Shown: piece by piece, positions 18,492 to 28,232 of the stretch
Numbering within the stretch: the stretch's first letter is position 1
Layout: every line of letters begins with the position of its first letter
Origin: an uncultured Collinsella sp.
GTDB lineage: Bacteria; Actinomycetota; Coriobacteriia; Coriobacteriales; Coriobacteriaceae
Direction: 5' to 3'
NCBI GenBank assembly: GCA_958445985.1
Contig: CAUCUN010000004.1
Location: 35,895-99,894 of the forward strand
DNA: 64,000 nucleotides
Program-made: the position numbers and the translations under genes
The notes under the pieces: generated by a model
Database searches by the model: none
What the model saw: the letters and a program-made list of their open reading frames with translations, nothing else
Told to the model about the DNA's origin: nothing

Positions 18492-19454
18492 TTAGTTGCC
18501 CGATGCCGTGCCTTGGCTCGAGTTGTCAGATGCCGTGCCGGACGCGGTTCCGCTCGAGCTGTTCGAGCTGTTGGTGTTGCTGCTGTCTGTTGTGCCCGTT
18601 CCCGACGTGGTGTCGCTCGTCTGGCCGCCCGTGCTCGGCTGCGAACCGTCAGTCGTTTGGCTTGAGTCGGTCGTGCCGGACGGCGTGCTGCTGTTGGCCG
18701 TAGAGGAATCGGTGCCCTGCGATTGGTTTTGGGCGTTCGAGGACGAATTGGCAGAGGTAGAACTGTCTTGCGTATCGTCCGTCTGTGCCTGCTGATCCTG
18801 CGACTGGGTGTTGCCATTTGCATCGCTCTCGGTCGTGCGCGACGACAGGATTGGCTCGGGACGCTCGCCCAGACCCTCACCGGCAGTGGTGATAAGGATG
18901 GCGCCGGCGCAGGCGATGACCGCGACGATGGCGATAGCGATCGAGAAGACGATGACCTTCTTTTGCGTCTGGCTGCGCTCTGCCGCCGCCTTGGCGCGCA
19001 GGCTGTTGGGGGCGACGCGCGCCGTGGTCGCGCGTCCCGCAACCTGGCGCATCTCCTGCGTGGTCGCGGCGCCACCTAGGTGCTCCTCGACATTGGGCTC
19101 AACGGGCTCATAGGCGCCGGCGGGGTAGTCGACGTCGGCGTGCGTGCCCTTGATTGCTTCGGCGCTGGCGGAGATAAAGTGGCGATAGACCTGCGAGGAC
19201 ACAACAGTGATGACTGAGCTCACAGCGGCACCAATCACCGAGCCGGCAATGCCGATCTTTGAAGCAAGCGCCACGCTCGTGGCGGCAGCTGCGGCGCCGG
19301 CGATGATCTGGGGAATGGAAATGTCGTCAAACAGGCCCTTTTTGGGCGCGATGGCCATGGTCTGTCCAATGGAATGGTTCTCGTGTACGCCGTTGTTGAG
19401 CGATGCCGGCGTCATGACGCGCGTGCGCGGCGCGTCGGTGTACTTGGTTGTCAT
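18492..19454 (-). CDS. Membrane protein with Ser/Thr/Gln-rich C-terminal tail
   Basis: SD GGAGG before MTTKY; hydrophobic segments IIAGAAAAATSVALAS..IGAAVSSVI and VIVFSIAIAIVAVIA; S/T-rich tail. Confidence 0.75.
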   Translation of the reverse strand: MTTKYTDAPRTRVMTPASLNNGVHENHSIGQTMAIAPKKGLFDDISIPQIIAGAAAAATSVALASKIGIAGSVIGAAVSSVITVVSSQVYRHFISASAEAIKGTHADVDYPAGAYEPVEPNVEEHLGGAATTQEMRQVAGRATTARVAPNSLRAKAAAERSQTQKKVIVFSIAIAIVAVIACAGAILITTAGEGLGERPEPILSSRTTESDANGNTQSQDQQAQTDDTQDSSTSANSSSNAQNQSQGTDSSTANSSTPSGTTDSSQTTDGSQPSTGGQTSDTTSGTGTTDSSNTNSSNSSSGTASGTASDNSSQGTASGN

Positions 19455-19657
19455 ACGGGGTCCTCCCGGTGTAAATCTGCTTCGTTTCGTGTAGCCATCA
19501 GGGTACCCACCAGATGTGAATCGTACGTGACATTTAACAGATACCATCAACTCATCAATTGCTCACCAAGTTGGTGGGATGCGGTTCCACCCGGCGGTTG
19601 AACTACAATAGGGCTTGCTAATTGTGTTGAATAGCGTTTACGCACGGGAGCATTCTT

Positions 19658-21637
19658 ATGAATCTTCACCTTTCTCAGTCTGATGGCTTTTTGCGTGTGG
19701 CGGCGGCGTCGCCGCAGATTCGCGTGGCCGATGTCGAGGGCAATGCCGAGGTTGCGCTGGCAGCTGTTCGCGATGCTGCCGGGCGTGGCGTTCGCGCGTT
19801 GGTGTTGCCCGAGCTTAATCTGACTGGCTATACCGCGGCCGATCTGTTCCATAATCGCACACTGCTGCATGCCTGCGAGGCTGCTCTGGTGCATATCCTC
19901 GATGAAACCCGTGAGCTGCCGATCGTCTTTACCATCGGTCTTCCCGTTGCGGTTGCCGAGAATATCTACAACTGTGCCGCCGTGTGCTGCGCGGGCGAGC
20001 TTTTGGGCCTCACGGCCAAGAAGTATCTACCCAACTATGGCGAGTTCTATGAGCGTCGCTGGTTTGCTCCGTCGCCTGCGAATCCCGTGTGGGTTGAATT
20101 TGCCGGTCAGGGTCCGGTTCCGCTGGGTTCGGGGCTTGTCTACCGCTGCTGTGATGAGGGTGCCGAGGATATGGTGCTGGGCGTTGAAGTCTGCGAGGAC
20201 CTGTGGGTGCCGGCGCCCCCTTCGACCGAGATGGCGCTTGCCGGTGCGACGGTGATTCTCAACCCGTCGGCCTCGGACGAGATTATCGGTAAGGCAGACT
20301 ATCGCCGCAGCCTCATCTCTAACCAGAGCGCACGCCTGTACTGCGCCTATGCCTACGCGGACGCGAGCGAGGGCGAGTCCACGACCGACATGGTCTTTGC
20401 GGGCGAGAACCTTATCTACGAAAATGGCTCCAAGCTCGCCGCCACCAAACTGCTTACCTGCGATATGGCCATCGCCGACGTTGACCTTGACCGCCTGGTT
20501 GCCGAGCGCCGTCGCTCGACGACGTGGGCGCGCACCGACGATGCGCCGGAGGCCACGACCGTTGAGTTTTCGTTTGAGGGCGTGCTGGCCGAAGAACCTG
20601 TCCTGCGCGATGCCTGCGATATCGACCGCGTTTTCCCGCGCGCGCCCTTTGTGCCGGCCGACCACGGCGACTTGGCCGAGCGCTGCGAGACGATCCTCGA
20701 TCTGCAGACTGCGGGCCTCAAGACCCGCCTTGCCCACACGGGTACCAAGGCTGCGGTTATCGGCCTTTCGGGCGGCTTGGACTCCACGCTAGCGCTGCTT
20801 GTGACCGTGCGTGCCTTCGATGCACTGGGGCTGCCGCGCACTGGTATCACAGCCGTGTCCATGCCCGGCTTCGGCACGACGCATCGCACCAAGTCGAATG
20901 CCGAGTCGCTCGCTCGCGACCTGGGTGTGAGCTTCCGCGAGGTTTCGATTCACGCGGCTGTGGAGCAGCACTTCAAGGACATTGAGCATGATCCAGCTGT
21001 GCAGGACGTGACCTACGAGAACAGCCAGGCGCGCGAGCGTACGCAGATTCTGATGGATCTGGCCAACCAGGCTGGCGGTTTTGTCATTGGCACGGGCGAC
21101 CTGTCGGAGCTGGCGCTCGGCTGGGCTACCTATAACGGCGACCACATGAGCATGTACGCCGTCAACGCGAGCGTGCCCAAGACGCTTGTGCGCCATCTGG
21201 TACGCTATGCCGCCGATGTCTTTGGCGGGCGCATTGCCGAGGTCTTGCTCGATATCCTCGATACGCCGGTGTCCCCCGAGCTTCTGCCGCCCACGGGCGA
21301 CGGCGAGATTGCGCAGAAGACCGAGGATTTGGTGGGCCCGTACGAGTTGCACGACTACTTCCTCTACTACCTGCTGCGTTTTGGCTTTGAGCCGGGCAAG
21401 ATCTACCGCATGGCGCTCAAGAGCTTCGAGGGCGTCTACGACGCCAAGACCGTCCACACGTGGCTACGTACGTTCTACCGTCGCTTCTTTGCCCAGCAGT
21501 TTAAGCGCAGCTGCCTGCCCGATGGTCCCAAGGTGGGCTCGGTGACGCTCAGCCCGCGCGGCGATTGGCGCATGCCGAGTGACGCCAGCTCGCGTCTGTG
21601 GCTTGCGCAGATCGACGCGCTCAATCCAGTTGACTAA
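19658..21637 (+). CDS. nadE: Glutamine-dependent NAD+ synthetase
   Basis: Nitrilase domain (PELNLTGY, LPNYGEFYERRWF, CEDLW) plus SGGLDST and ENSQARER. Confidence 0.95.
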   Translation: MNLHLSQSDGFLRVAAASPQIRVADVEGNAEVALAAVRDAAGRGVRALVLPELNLTGYTAADLFHNRTLLHACEAALVHILDETRELPIVFTIGLPVAVAENIYNCAAVCCAGELLGLTAKKYLPNYGEFYERRWFAPSPANPVWVEFAGQGPVPLGSGLVYRCCDEGAEDMVLGVEVCEDLWVPAPPSTEMALAGATVILNPSASDEIIGKADYRRSLISNQSARLYCAYAYADASEGESTTDMVFAGENLIYENGSKLAATKLLTCDMAIADVDLDRLVAERRRSTTWARTDDAPEATTVEFSFEGVLAEEPVLRDACDIDRVFPRAPFVPADHGDLAERCETILDLQTAGLKTRLAHTGTKAAVIGLSGGLDSTLALLVTVRAFDALGLPRTGITAVSMPGFGTTHRTKSNAESLARDLGVSFREVSIHAAVEQHFKDIEHDPAVQDVTYENSQARERTQILMDLANQAGGFVIGTGDLSELALGWATYNGDHMSMYAVNASVPKTLVRHLVRYAADVFGGRIAEVLLDILDTPVSPELLPPTGDGEIAQKTEDLVGPYELHDYFLYYLLRFGFEPGKIYRMALKSFEGVYDAKTVHTWLRTFYRRFFAQQFKRSCLPDGPKVGSVTLSPRGDWRMPSDASSRLWLAQIDALNPVD

Positions 21638-21754
21638 GGTTGGCTAAATTGAACCAATACGGGGGTTGTAAGCGTTACACTTTTGCAATCTGATGGCCCG
21701 TATCGCGCGGCGCTCTTGTCGGGGCGCCGCGTTTTTATATCGAAAGGTGGCACC

Positions 21755-22918
21755 ATGCAGGCATCGCAGCGTCTCGACCGCTTTGGCGCGGAGGTTTTTG
21801 CCTCGCTCAACAACAAACTTCTTGCGCTTAAGGCCCAGGGCAAGACCATTTACAACATGAGCGTGGGCACGCCCGACTTTAAGCCGTACGACCACGTGGT
21901 CGAGGCGCTCACGCAGGCAGCCCAAGATCCCGAGATGTGGAAGTATGCCCTGCGCGACCTGCCCGAACTCAAGCAAGCCGTGTGCGATTACTATGAGCGT
22001 CGCTTTGGCGTTTCGGGCATTACGCCGTCTATGGTGCAGTCGTGCAACGGCACGCAGGAGGGCGTGGGCCATTTGGGCCTGGCCCTGCTCGATCCGGGTG
22101 ACACCATTCTGGTTCCCGATCCGTGCTACCCGGTCTTTGAGGCGGGTGCCAAGATCGCCGATGCCAAGCTCGAATACTATCCGCTGGTTGCCGAGCATAA
22201 TTACCTGCCCTATGTGGCGGGTATCGATCCCGAGGTGGCCGATCGTGCCAAGTATATGATCGTGTCGCTGCCCGCGAACCCGGTCGGCTCGGTGGGCACG
22301 CCCGAGGTCTACGAGGAGATTATCGCCTTTGCCCGCGAGCATGATCTGTTGATCGTTCATGACAACGCGTACTCCGACATCGTGTTTGACGGCGAGCCCG
22401 GCGGCAGCTTCTTGCAGTATCCCGGTGCGCTTGAGGTGGGCGTGGAGTTCTTCTCGCTCTCTAAGTCGTTTAACGTCACCGGTGCCCGCATCGGCTTTTT
22501 GGTCGGTCGCGAGGATGTGGTCTCGGCCTTTGCCAAGCTGCGTGGCCAGATCGACTTCGGTATGTTCTTCCCGATCCAGAAGGCTGCCATCGCCTGCCTG
22601 AACGGTCCGCGCGATGAGGTCGAGGCGCAGCGTCTGAAGTACCAGGAGCGCCGCGATGCCCTGTGCGACGGTCTTGAGGGCCTGGGCTGGGAGCGTCCCA
22701 ATGCGCATGGCTCTATGTTTGTGTGGGCCAAGCTTCCCGGTGGTCGCACCGATTCTATGGCGTTTTGCGAGGAGCTTATGGAGAAGGCCGGCGTTGTGGT
22801 GACGCCGGGCGCGAGCTTTGGCCCTTCGGGCGAGGGACACGTGCGCATGGCGCTGGTCCTGCCGCCCGATCAGATCGCTTTGGCTGTCGAGGCCATTCGC
22901 GAGGCGGGCCTGTATTAG
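21755..22918 (+). CDS. PLP-dependent class I/II aminotransferase (DAP-aminotransferase-like)
   Basis: PDPCYP, PANPVG, HDNAYSD, SLSKSFNVTGARIG motifs. Confidence 0.85.
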   Translation: MQASQRLDRFGAEVFASLNNKLLALKAQGKTIYNMSVGTPDFKPYDHVVEALTQAAQDPEMWKYALRDLPELKQAVCDYYERRFGVSGITPSMVQSCNGTQEGVGHLGLALLDPGDTILVPDPCYPVFEAGAKIADAKLEYYPLVAEHNYLPYVAGIDPEVADRAKYMIVSLPANPVGSVGTPEVYEEIIAFAREHDLLIVHDNAYSDIVFDGEPGGSFLQYPGALEVGVEFFSLSKSFNVTGARIGFLVGREDVVSAFAKLRGQIDFGMFFPIQKAAIACLNGPRDEVEAQRLKYQERRDALCDGLEGLGWERPNAHGSMFVWAKLPGGRTDSMAFCEELMEKAGVVVTPGASFGPSGEGHVRMALVLPPDQIALAVEAIREAGLY

Positions 22919-23119
22919 AAAGGTATTTCGGCTCGTCAATAGCTCGAAACCGATTTCGTACAGTTATTTTACGAATTCTGCAAATAATTTCGGTAAACGG
23001 TCGATATTTGCCTGCGAATAGGAGCATAATCAAAGTCCCGATTGGATGTATTGGGATTACGGCAAGCCGCTCGGGTCGTTCCCGGGCGGCTTGTTTGTGG
23101 AGAGAGATGGGAGTTTCTA

Positions 23120-24070
23120 ATGGTTAACGAGAAGAAGGTCGCTATTGTCGGCTGCGGTTTCGTCGGTTCGTCTTCGGCGTTCGCGCTGATGCAGAGCGGC
23201 CTGTTCTCCGAGATGGTCCTCATCGACGTGGACAAGAACCGCGCCGAGGGCGAGGCTCTGGATATCGCGCACGGCATGACGTTTGCCGAGCCGATGAAGA
23301 TCTACGCCGGCGATTATTCCGATGTCGCCGACGCCGCCATGATTGTCGTCACCGCCGGTGCTGCCCAGAAGCCCGGTGAGACCCGCCTGGACCTGGTCAA
23401 CAAGAACGTCAGCATCTTCAAGTCCATTATTCCCGAGATTAAGAAGTCCGGCTTCGACGGCATTCTGCTAATCGTCTCCAACCCGGTTGATGTTCTGACC
23501 TATGCTGCCATCAAGATGTCTGGCCTGCCCGAGGGCCATGTCATCGGCTCCGGCACCGTGCTCGACACTGGCCGTCTGCAGCAGATGCTTGGTGCCCACG
23601 TCGAGGTTGACCCGCGCGACGTCCAGGCCTATGTCATGGGTGAGCACGGCGACTCCGAGTTTGTCGCTTGGTCCAGCGCCCAGGTTGCCGGCGTGCCGCT
23701 GAACACCTTCTGCGAGCTTCACGGCCACCTGGAGCATGAGGCTGCCGAGAAGCGCATCGCCGAGGACGTCAAGAACTCCGCCTACACCATCATCGAGAAG
23801 AAGCACGCCACCTACTATGGCGTCGCCATGGCCGTCAAGCGCATCTGCACCGCCGTCATGCGCGATGAGCAGACCGTTCTGCCCGTTTCTTCGCTTATGG
23901 TGGGCGAGTATGGCCTGTCCGATCTTGCCATCTCCATGCCGACCGTCGTTGGCCGCGACGGCGTTGTCTGCCGCGTCCCCGTGCCGCTGAACGACGACGA
24001 GCAGCATGAGCTCACCGTCTCCGCCAAGGCCCTCAAGGACATCATCGACAGCGTCGACTTCTCCTGCTAA
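23120..24070 (+). CDS. ldh: L-lactate dehydrogenase
   Basis: VGCGFVG, GETRLDL, SNPVD, GEHGDS, TYYG motifs. Confidence 0.92.
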   Translation: MVNEKKVAIVGCGFVGSSSAFALMQSGLFSEMVLIDVDKNRAEGEALDIAHGMTFAEPMKIYAGDYSDVADAAMIVVTAGAAQKPGETRLDLVNKNVSIFKSIIPEIKKSGFDGILLIVSNPVDVLTYAAIKMSGLPEGHVIGSGTVLDTGRLQQMLGAHVEVDPRDVQAYVMGEHGDSEFVAWSSAQVAGVPLNTFCELHGHLEHEAAEKRIAEDVKNSAYTIIEKKHATYYGVAMAVKRICTAVMRDEQTVLPVSSLMVGEYGLSDLAISMPTVVGRDGVVCRVPVPLNDDEQHELTVSAKALKDIIDSVDFSC

Positions 24071-24101
24071 ATCAAGCTCGCTAGAGCGAAAAGCTACAAT
24101 G

Positions 24102-24137
24102 AAGGCGTCCGGGTCCACACGGCCCGGGCGCCTTTTT
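24102..24137 (+). terminator. Intrinsic terminator after ldh
   Basis: AAGGCGTCCGGG...CCCGGGCGCCTTTTT. Confidence 0.75.
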
Positions 24138-24184
24138 GGTGCAAAGTAACCTGACTCCAATGCACCATAGTTGATGGGAGGGCC

Positions 24185-25345
24185 ATGTCGGATTCGCCTA
24201 ATTTTTTGACCTATGTCCAGACGGCGTTTGATCCCTTTGAGGAGCGGCCGTTCTGCGCGGTGGATAGCCTAGTCTTTGCGTGGTTGTCCTATTTGCGCTT
24301 GCCGGGTGATATGGCGGGGCTGACGAACTGGCAGGGCCTAGACGTACGCGAACTGCTGCGTGCCGAGTGCTACCGGGACATGATTGACGACTTGTGGGAC
24401 CCAGAGGGAAGCAGGGCCTTGTTGGAGGCCGTGGCAGCAAATCCCAGATACCGCGGCGTGCACGTTTGCGGCTATCGTGCCGTGAGCGATGTGGTGGCGA
24501 CGGAGCAGTTTGCAGCCATGGCGTTCCGGTTTCCGGCGGGGTTTAGCTATCTTTCCTTCCGGGGGACCGACAGCACGATTGTGGGCTGGAAAGAGGACTT
24601 TAACATGGCGTTCCGGTGTCCTGTGCCGGCCCAGGAATCCGCGGCGCGTTATGTGGACGAGGCGGCGGATGCGATCGACGGGCCGCTTTTGTGCGGAGGT
24701 CATTCCAAGGGCGGAAACCTTGCGGTGTACGGTGCGGCGATGTGCTCCGATGTCGCCCGTGAGCGAATCGAACGGGCGTATTCCCATGATGGTCCAGGGT
24801 TCGTCGAGGAGTTTCTGAACGGCAACGCCTTTGCCGATCTTTCCGGTCGAATCGACAAGACGCTACCTCGGTCGTCGATCTTCGGCATGATGTTCGAGAC
24901 GCAGGAGGACTATGCCATCGTTGAGAGCACCGAGTTCAGCCTGCTGCAGCACAATCCCTTTAGCTGGGTGGTTGATGGTTGCAACTTCGTGTACTGCGAG
25001 CGCCTGTCCGCTGGTGCTCGATACGTTGATGGCTCCATTCGCGAGATGCTGCTTGCAGTATCGCCTAGCGAGCGCGAGCGTTTTGTGGATGCGTTGTTCT
25101 CCGTGTTTGAGGCTACGGGTGCTGAGCGGTTTGCGGATATCGCTGGGAATCTACGCGAGAGCCTGCCCGTGATGCTCCAGGCTGCGCAAGGCTTTGACAA
25201 GGATACGCGACGCTTTGTCTCGCAGACCATCGTTGCGATTCTTAAGTGTGCGCTGCTGCCCAAACGTCCAGAGTTCAGCGTGCCTTCTAGTGGTAAGAGC
25301 CTGGCAGAACAGCTCGAGGCTTGGCAGTCCGAGCTCATGCGCTAA
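24185..25345 (+). CDS. DUF2974 (Mbeg1-like) lipase-fold protein
   Basis: FRGTDSTIVGWKEDFNM, GHSKGGNLA, DGPGF motifs. Confidence 0.85.
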   Translation: MSDSPNFLTYVQTAFDPFEERPFCAVDSLVFAWLSYLRLPGDMAGLTNWQGLDVRELLRAECYRDMIDDLWDPEGSRALLEAVAANPRYRGVHVCGYRAVSDVVATEQFAAMAFRFPAGFSYLSFRGTDSTIVGWKEDFNMAFRCPVPAQESAARYVDEAADAIDGPLLCGGHSKGGNLAVYGAAMCSDVARERIERAYSHDGPGFVEEFLNGNAFADLSGRIDKTLPRSSIFGMMFETQEDYAIVESTEFSLLQHNPFSWVVDGCNFVYCERLSAGARYVDGSIREMLLAVSPSERERFVDALFSVFEATGAERFADIAGNLRESLPVMLQAAQGFDKDTRRFVSQTIVAILKCALLPKRPEFSVPSSGKSLAEQLEAWQSELMR

Positions 25346-25397
25346 CCATTGGTGCAAAGCAACCTATCCCCGATGCACCAATCTTCGATGCGCCTGG

Positions 25398-25435
25398 GGC
25401 GGGCTCGACCGCTATAGGCGGGCTCGACCGCTATA
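25398..25435 (+). repeat. Perfect 19-bp tandem duplication
   Basis: GGCGGGCTCGACCGCTATA x2. Confidence 0.85.
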
Positions 25436-25475
25436 CTGGTTCGTGCTCAATTCGATCTAGAACGGAATGCCGTAT

Positions 25476-26480
25476 ATGAAAATCAATCACGCGATCCTGC
25501 ATATCCTGGACTTTGACTCTGCCGTCAACGTCATGAGCCAGCGCGAGCTCGATATCGAGAGCCGTACCGTGCGCAACTTCGTGACCACGCATCTGCGCCG
25601 CGCGCGTACTTCGGCCGATAACAAGCGTGCCACGTTTGCCGAGAACTCCGCATTCGGCGGCGAGCTCAAGGGCTATTTCTTCGGTGAGCGTGAGTTCGTG
25701 GACCTGTCTCAGCAGATTGCGGAGTTCATCTCTTCCGAACTTACCAAGGCCGAGAAAGCCGAGTCCACCGACGTGCTCGTGGCGGACTTTGATGACGATG
25801 AGGATGCCCGCTGGTTTGCCGTGATGCTGCTGGGCTCCAAGCAGGCTTTTATGCACGAAGTGGGCCGCGAGGAGGGGGAGGTGCGCAACGACATCGCGCG
25901 CCACTATGCCATTCTGCCGAATCCCTCGCAAAAGGTGCCGAGCTATGCCATCGTGCGCGCGAGCACCATGGAGATCGGCTATGTGGACAAGAAACGCAAG
26001 ATTGCCGGCGAGGACCGTATGCTTATCCCCGATGGCCTGCTGCAGTGCGACACGGGCGTATCGGGTAAGGAGGTCATCGACACCGTGACGCGCGTGGTCG
26101 AGGAGGTCGCTGAAGAGCACGGCGCCAACACGGCCGTAGCGCTCGCCAAGGTCAAAGCCGCCGTTGCCGAGAAGGTTGAAGACGACGAGGAGCTGCCGCC
26201 TTGGGATATCGTCGATGAGGTCTTTGAGGACGAGCCGGTTATCAAGGAGAGCGTGCGTGCGGCACTGACCGAGGAGAAGGTGCCCGAGCGCGTGCCCGTG
26301 GAGCGCAAGCAGGTCGAACGCGCGGCGGTGCGCAATCACAAGATTCGTACCGACACGGGCATCGAGATCAGCTTCCCGGCCGAGATGGGTTCGAACTCCG
26401 AGTATATCGAGTTCGTCAACGAGCCCAACGGCCTCATCTCCATCGAGCTAAAAAACATCGGGTCAATTGAGAATCGATAA
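25476..26480 (+). CDS. Nucleoid-associated protein (NA37/YejK family)
   Basis: MKINHAILHILD N-terminus; KIRTDTGIEISFP..IEFVNEPNGLISIELKNI C-terminus. Confidence 0.8.
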   Translation: MKINHAILHILDFDSAVNVMSQRELDIESRTVRNFVTTHLRRARTSADNKRATFAENSAFGGELKGYFFGEREFVDLSQQIAEFISSELTKAEKAESTDVLVADFDDDEDARWFAVMLLGSKQAFMHEVGREEGEVRNDIARHYAILPNPSQKVPSYAIVRASTMEIGYVDKKRKIAGEDRMLIPDGLLQCDTGVSGKEVIDTVTRVVEEVAEEHGANTAVALAKVKAAVAEKVEDDEELPPWDIVDEVFEDEPVIKESVRAALTEEKVPERVPVERKQVERAAVRNHKIRTDTGIEISFPAEMGSNSEYIEFVNEPNGLISIELKNIGSIENR

Positions 26481-26505
26481 ACTGCGCTTGGACACTGCGG
26501 AAAAC

Positions 26506-26539
26506 AAAGGCCGAAACCCTTCGGGACTTCGGCCTTTTT
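26506..26539 (+). terminator. Intrinsic terminator
   Basis: AAAGGCCGAA...TTCGGCCTTTTT. Confidence 0.7.
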
Positions 26540-26585
26540 GTTTTCGGCTTGGTTGCCGACATTGCGCCGTAGGTTGAGCATACGC

Positions 26586-26732
26586 CAGCGAAAACGCCCC
26601 TAGGCGAGCAAGGTGACGCGAAAGAGGAGGGCATTGACCTTCTGGTCATGCCCGACGATTGAACGTCAGATTGCCGCCTAGGGGCGTTTGCAGCGTCGGG
26701 TCGTTACGGCGTTTGGTAAAACGCCGTAACTA
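26586..26732 (-). repeat. Structured intergenic repeat family A, copy 1 (3' of dapH)
   Basis: 147-bp homolog of 47472-47618 with compensatory stem changes. Confidence 0.85.
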
Positions 26733-27452
26733 TTAAAGCTGGCGCAGGCCCTCTTCCAGGCCGGTCTTGCTGTCGGTCTGGGCGTCGCGCATCTTGATGA
26801 CGCGGGCAGGAACGCCGGCCACGACGGCGCCGGCGGGGACATCCTCGACGCACACGGCGCCGGCGGCAACGACAGCGCCCTTGCCTACGTGCACGCCCTC
26901 CAGGACCACGGCGTTGGCGCCGATCATGACATCGTCCTCGATGATGACGGGCGTGGCGCTGGCGGGCTCCACAACGCCTGCCAGCACGGTGCCGGCGCCG
27001 ATGTGGCAGTTCTTGCCCACGGTGGCGCGGCCGCCCAGCACGGCGCCCATATCAATCATGGAGCCTTCGCCAATGACGGAGCCGATGTTGATGATGGCGC
27101 CCATCATGATGACGGCGCGATCGCCGATCTCGACGCGGTCACGGATGATCGCGCCCGGCTCGATGCGGGCGTTGATGCCCTTAAGGTCGAGCATGGGCAC
27201 GGCAGAGTTGCGGCAGTCATTCTCGACATCGTAGTAGTCGATGGAGTCGGCATTGGCATCGAGGATGGCCTTGAGCTCATCCCAGTCGCCAAAGACGGTC
27301 TTGCCGCGACGGCCGCCGTAGACATGTGCGTCGCCCCAGGCAACCTTCATGCCGGGCTTCTCGCGCACGTACAGCTTGACAGGTGTCTTTTTGGGCGCGG
27401 TGGCGATGTAGTTGATAATCTCCTGGGCATCCATCTCGGCTGCGTTGCTCAT
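26733..27452 (-). CDS. dapH: 2,3,4,5-tetrahydropyridine-2,6-dicarboxylate N-acetyltransferase
   Basis: DapH N-domain [40 protein letters not shown] and hexapeptide repeats. Confidence 0.92.
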   Translation of the reverse strand: MSNAAEMDAQEIINYIATAPKKTPVKLYVREKPGMKVAWGDAHVYGGRRGKTVFGDWDELKAILDANADSIDYYDVENDCRNSAVPMLDLKGINARIEPGAIIRDRVEIGDRAVIMMGAIINIGSVIGEGSMIDMGAVLGGRATVGKNCHIGAGTVLAGVVEPASATPVIIEDDVMIGANAVVLEGVHVGKGAVVAAGAVCVEDVPAGAVVAGVPARVIKMRDAQTDSKTGLEEGLRQL

Positions 27453-27491
27453 TTGCTATCTCTCCTTTGGGTGGATTCGGTTGATACCTGG

Positions 27492-28232
27492 TTAGGCAAA
27501 CATGACCTGGTCGAACGTATAGAAGCCGGGTTCGCGGGTGACGAGCTTCTGGGCGGCGGCCAGGGCGCCGTTGACGAAGATCTGACGGCTCGTGGCGCGG
27601 TGGGTGAGCGTGACCTCCTCGTCCTGGCCAAAGAAACTCACTTCGTGGACGCCGGCGACAGTGCCACCGCGCAGCGAGTGCATGCCGATCTCCTTGGGAT
27701 CGCGCGCGCCGCACATGCCCTCGCGTCCGTAGACGGGGTGGTAGCCTGTCTCGGGCTCGGCCTCGACTACGGCGTCGAGCAGCAGCTTGGCGGTACCGCT
27801 GGGGGCGTCGACCTTTTGGTTATGGTGCGTCTCGACGATTTCGCAGTCAAAGCCGGGCAACTCGCGCGTGGCCTGGGCCACTAGATGACGCAGGGCTGCG
27901 ATGCCGATGGAGTAATTGCCCGAGTGCATAACGCGGGTGTTCTGGCCCAGCTCACGCAGACGGTCCATCTGCTCGGGGGTGTAGCCTGTGGTGCCCGAGA
28001 CCAACGCCGCGCCCGTGCGCTCGACATAGGCGACGACGGCATCGAAGGTCACGACGTTCGAGAAGTCGATAATCACATCGGCAGCCGGTGCGTTCTCGAG
28101 CTTGCTCAAATCGAAGCCAATCTGGGCCACGATATCAAAAACGGGTTGACCGGCGGCGTCGACAACGCCCTCGGCGGTGGTGCGGATGAGCGAGCCCATG
28201 CGGCCCGTTCCCATAATGACGGTCTTAATCAA
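27492..28232 (-). CDS. dapB: 4-hydroxy-tetrahydrodipicolinate reductase
   Basis: GRMG, IDFS, GTTG, ETHHNQKVDAPSGTA motifs; TTG start overlaps the upstream stop. Confidence 0.92.
   Translation of the reverse strand: MIKTVIMGTGRMGSLIRTTAEGVVDAAGQPVFDIVAQIGFDLSKLENAPAADVIIDFSNVVTFDAVVAYVERTGAALVSGTTGYTPEQMDRLRELGQNTRVMHSGNYSIGIAALRHLVAQATRELPGFDCEIVETHHNQKVDAPSGTAKLLLDAVVEAEPETGYHPVYGREGMCGARDPKEIGMHSLRGGTVAGVHEVSFFGQDEEVTLTHRATSRQIFVNGALAAAQKLVTREPGFYTFDQVMFA

Noticed and set aside
17300..18800. GGCTCG-type and Ser/Thr codon repeats
   Set aside because: Coding low-complexity linkers (PEPEPE, S/T-rich tail), not CRISPR or independent repeats.
24185..26480. Lipase + NA37 protein as a defence module
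   Set aside because: Host-like codon usage, apparently separate promoter, no supporting context.
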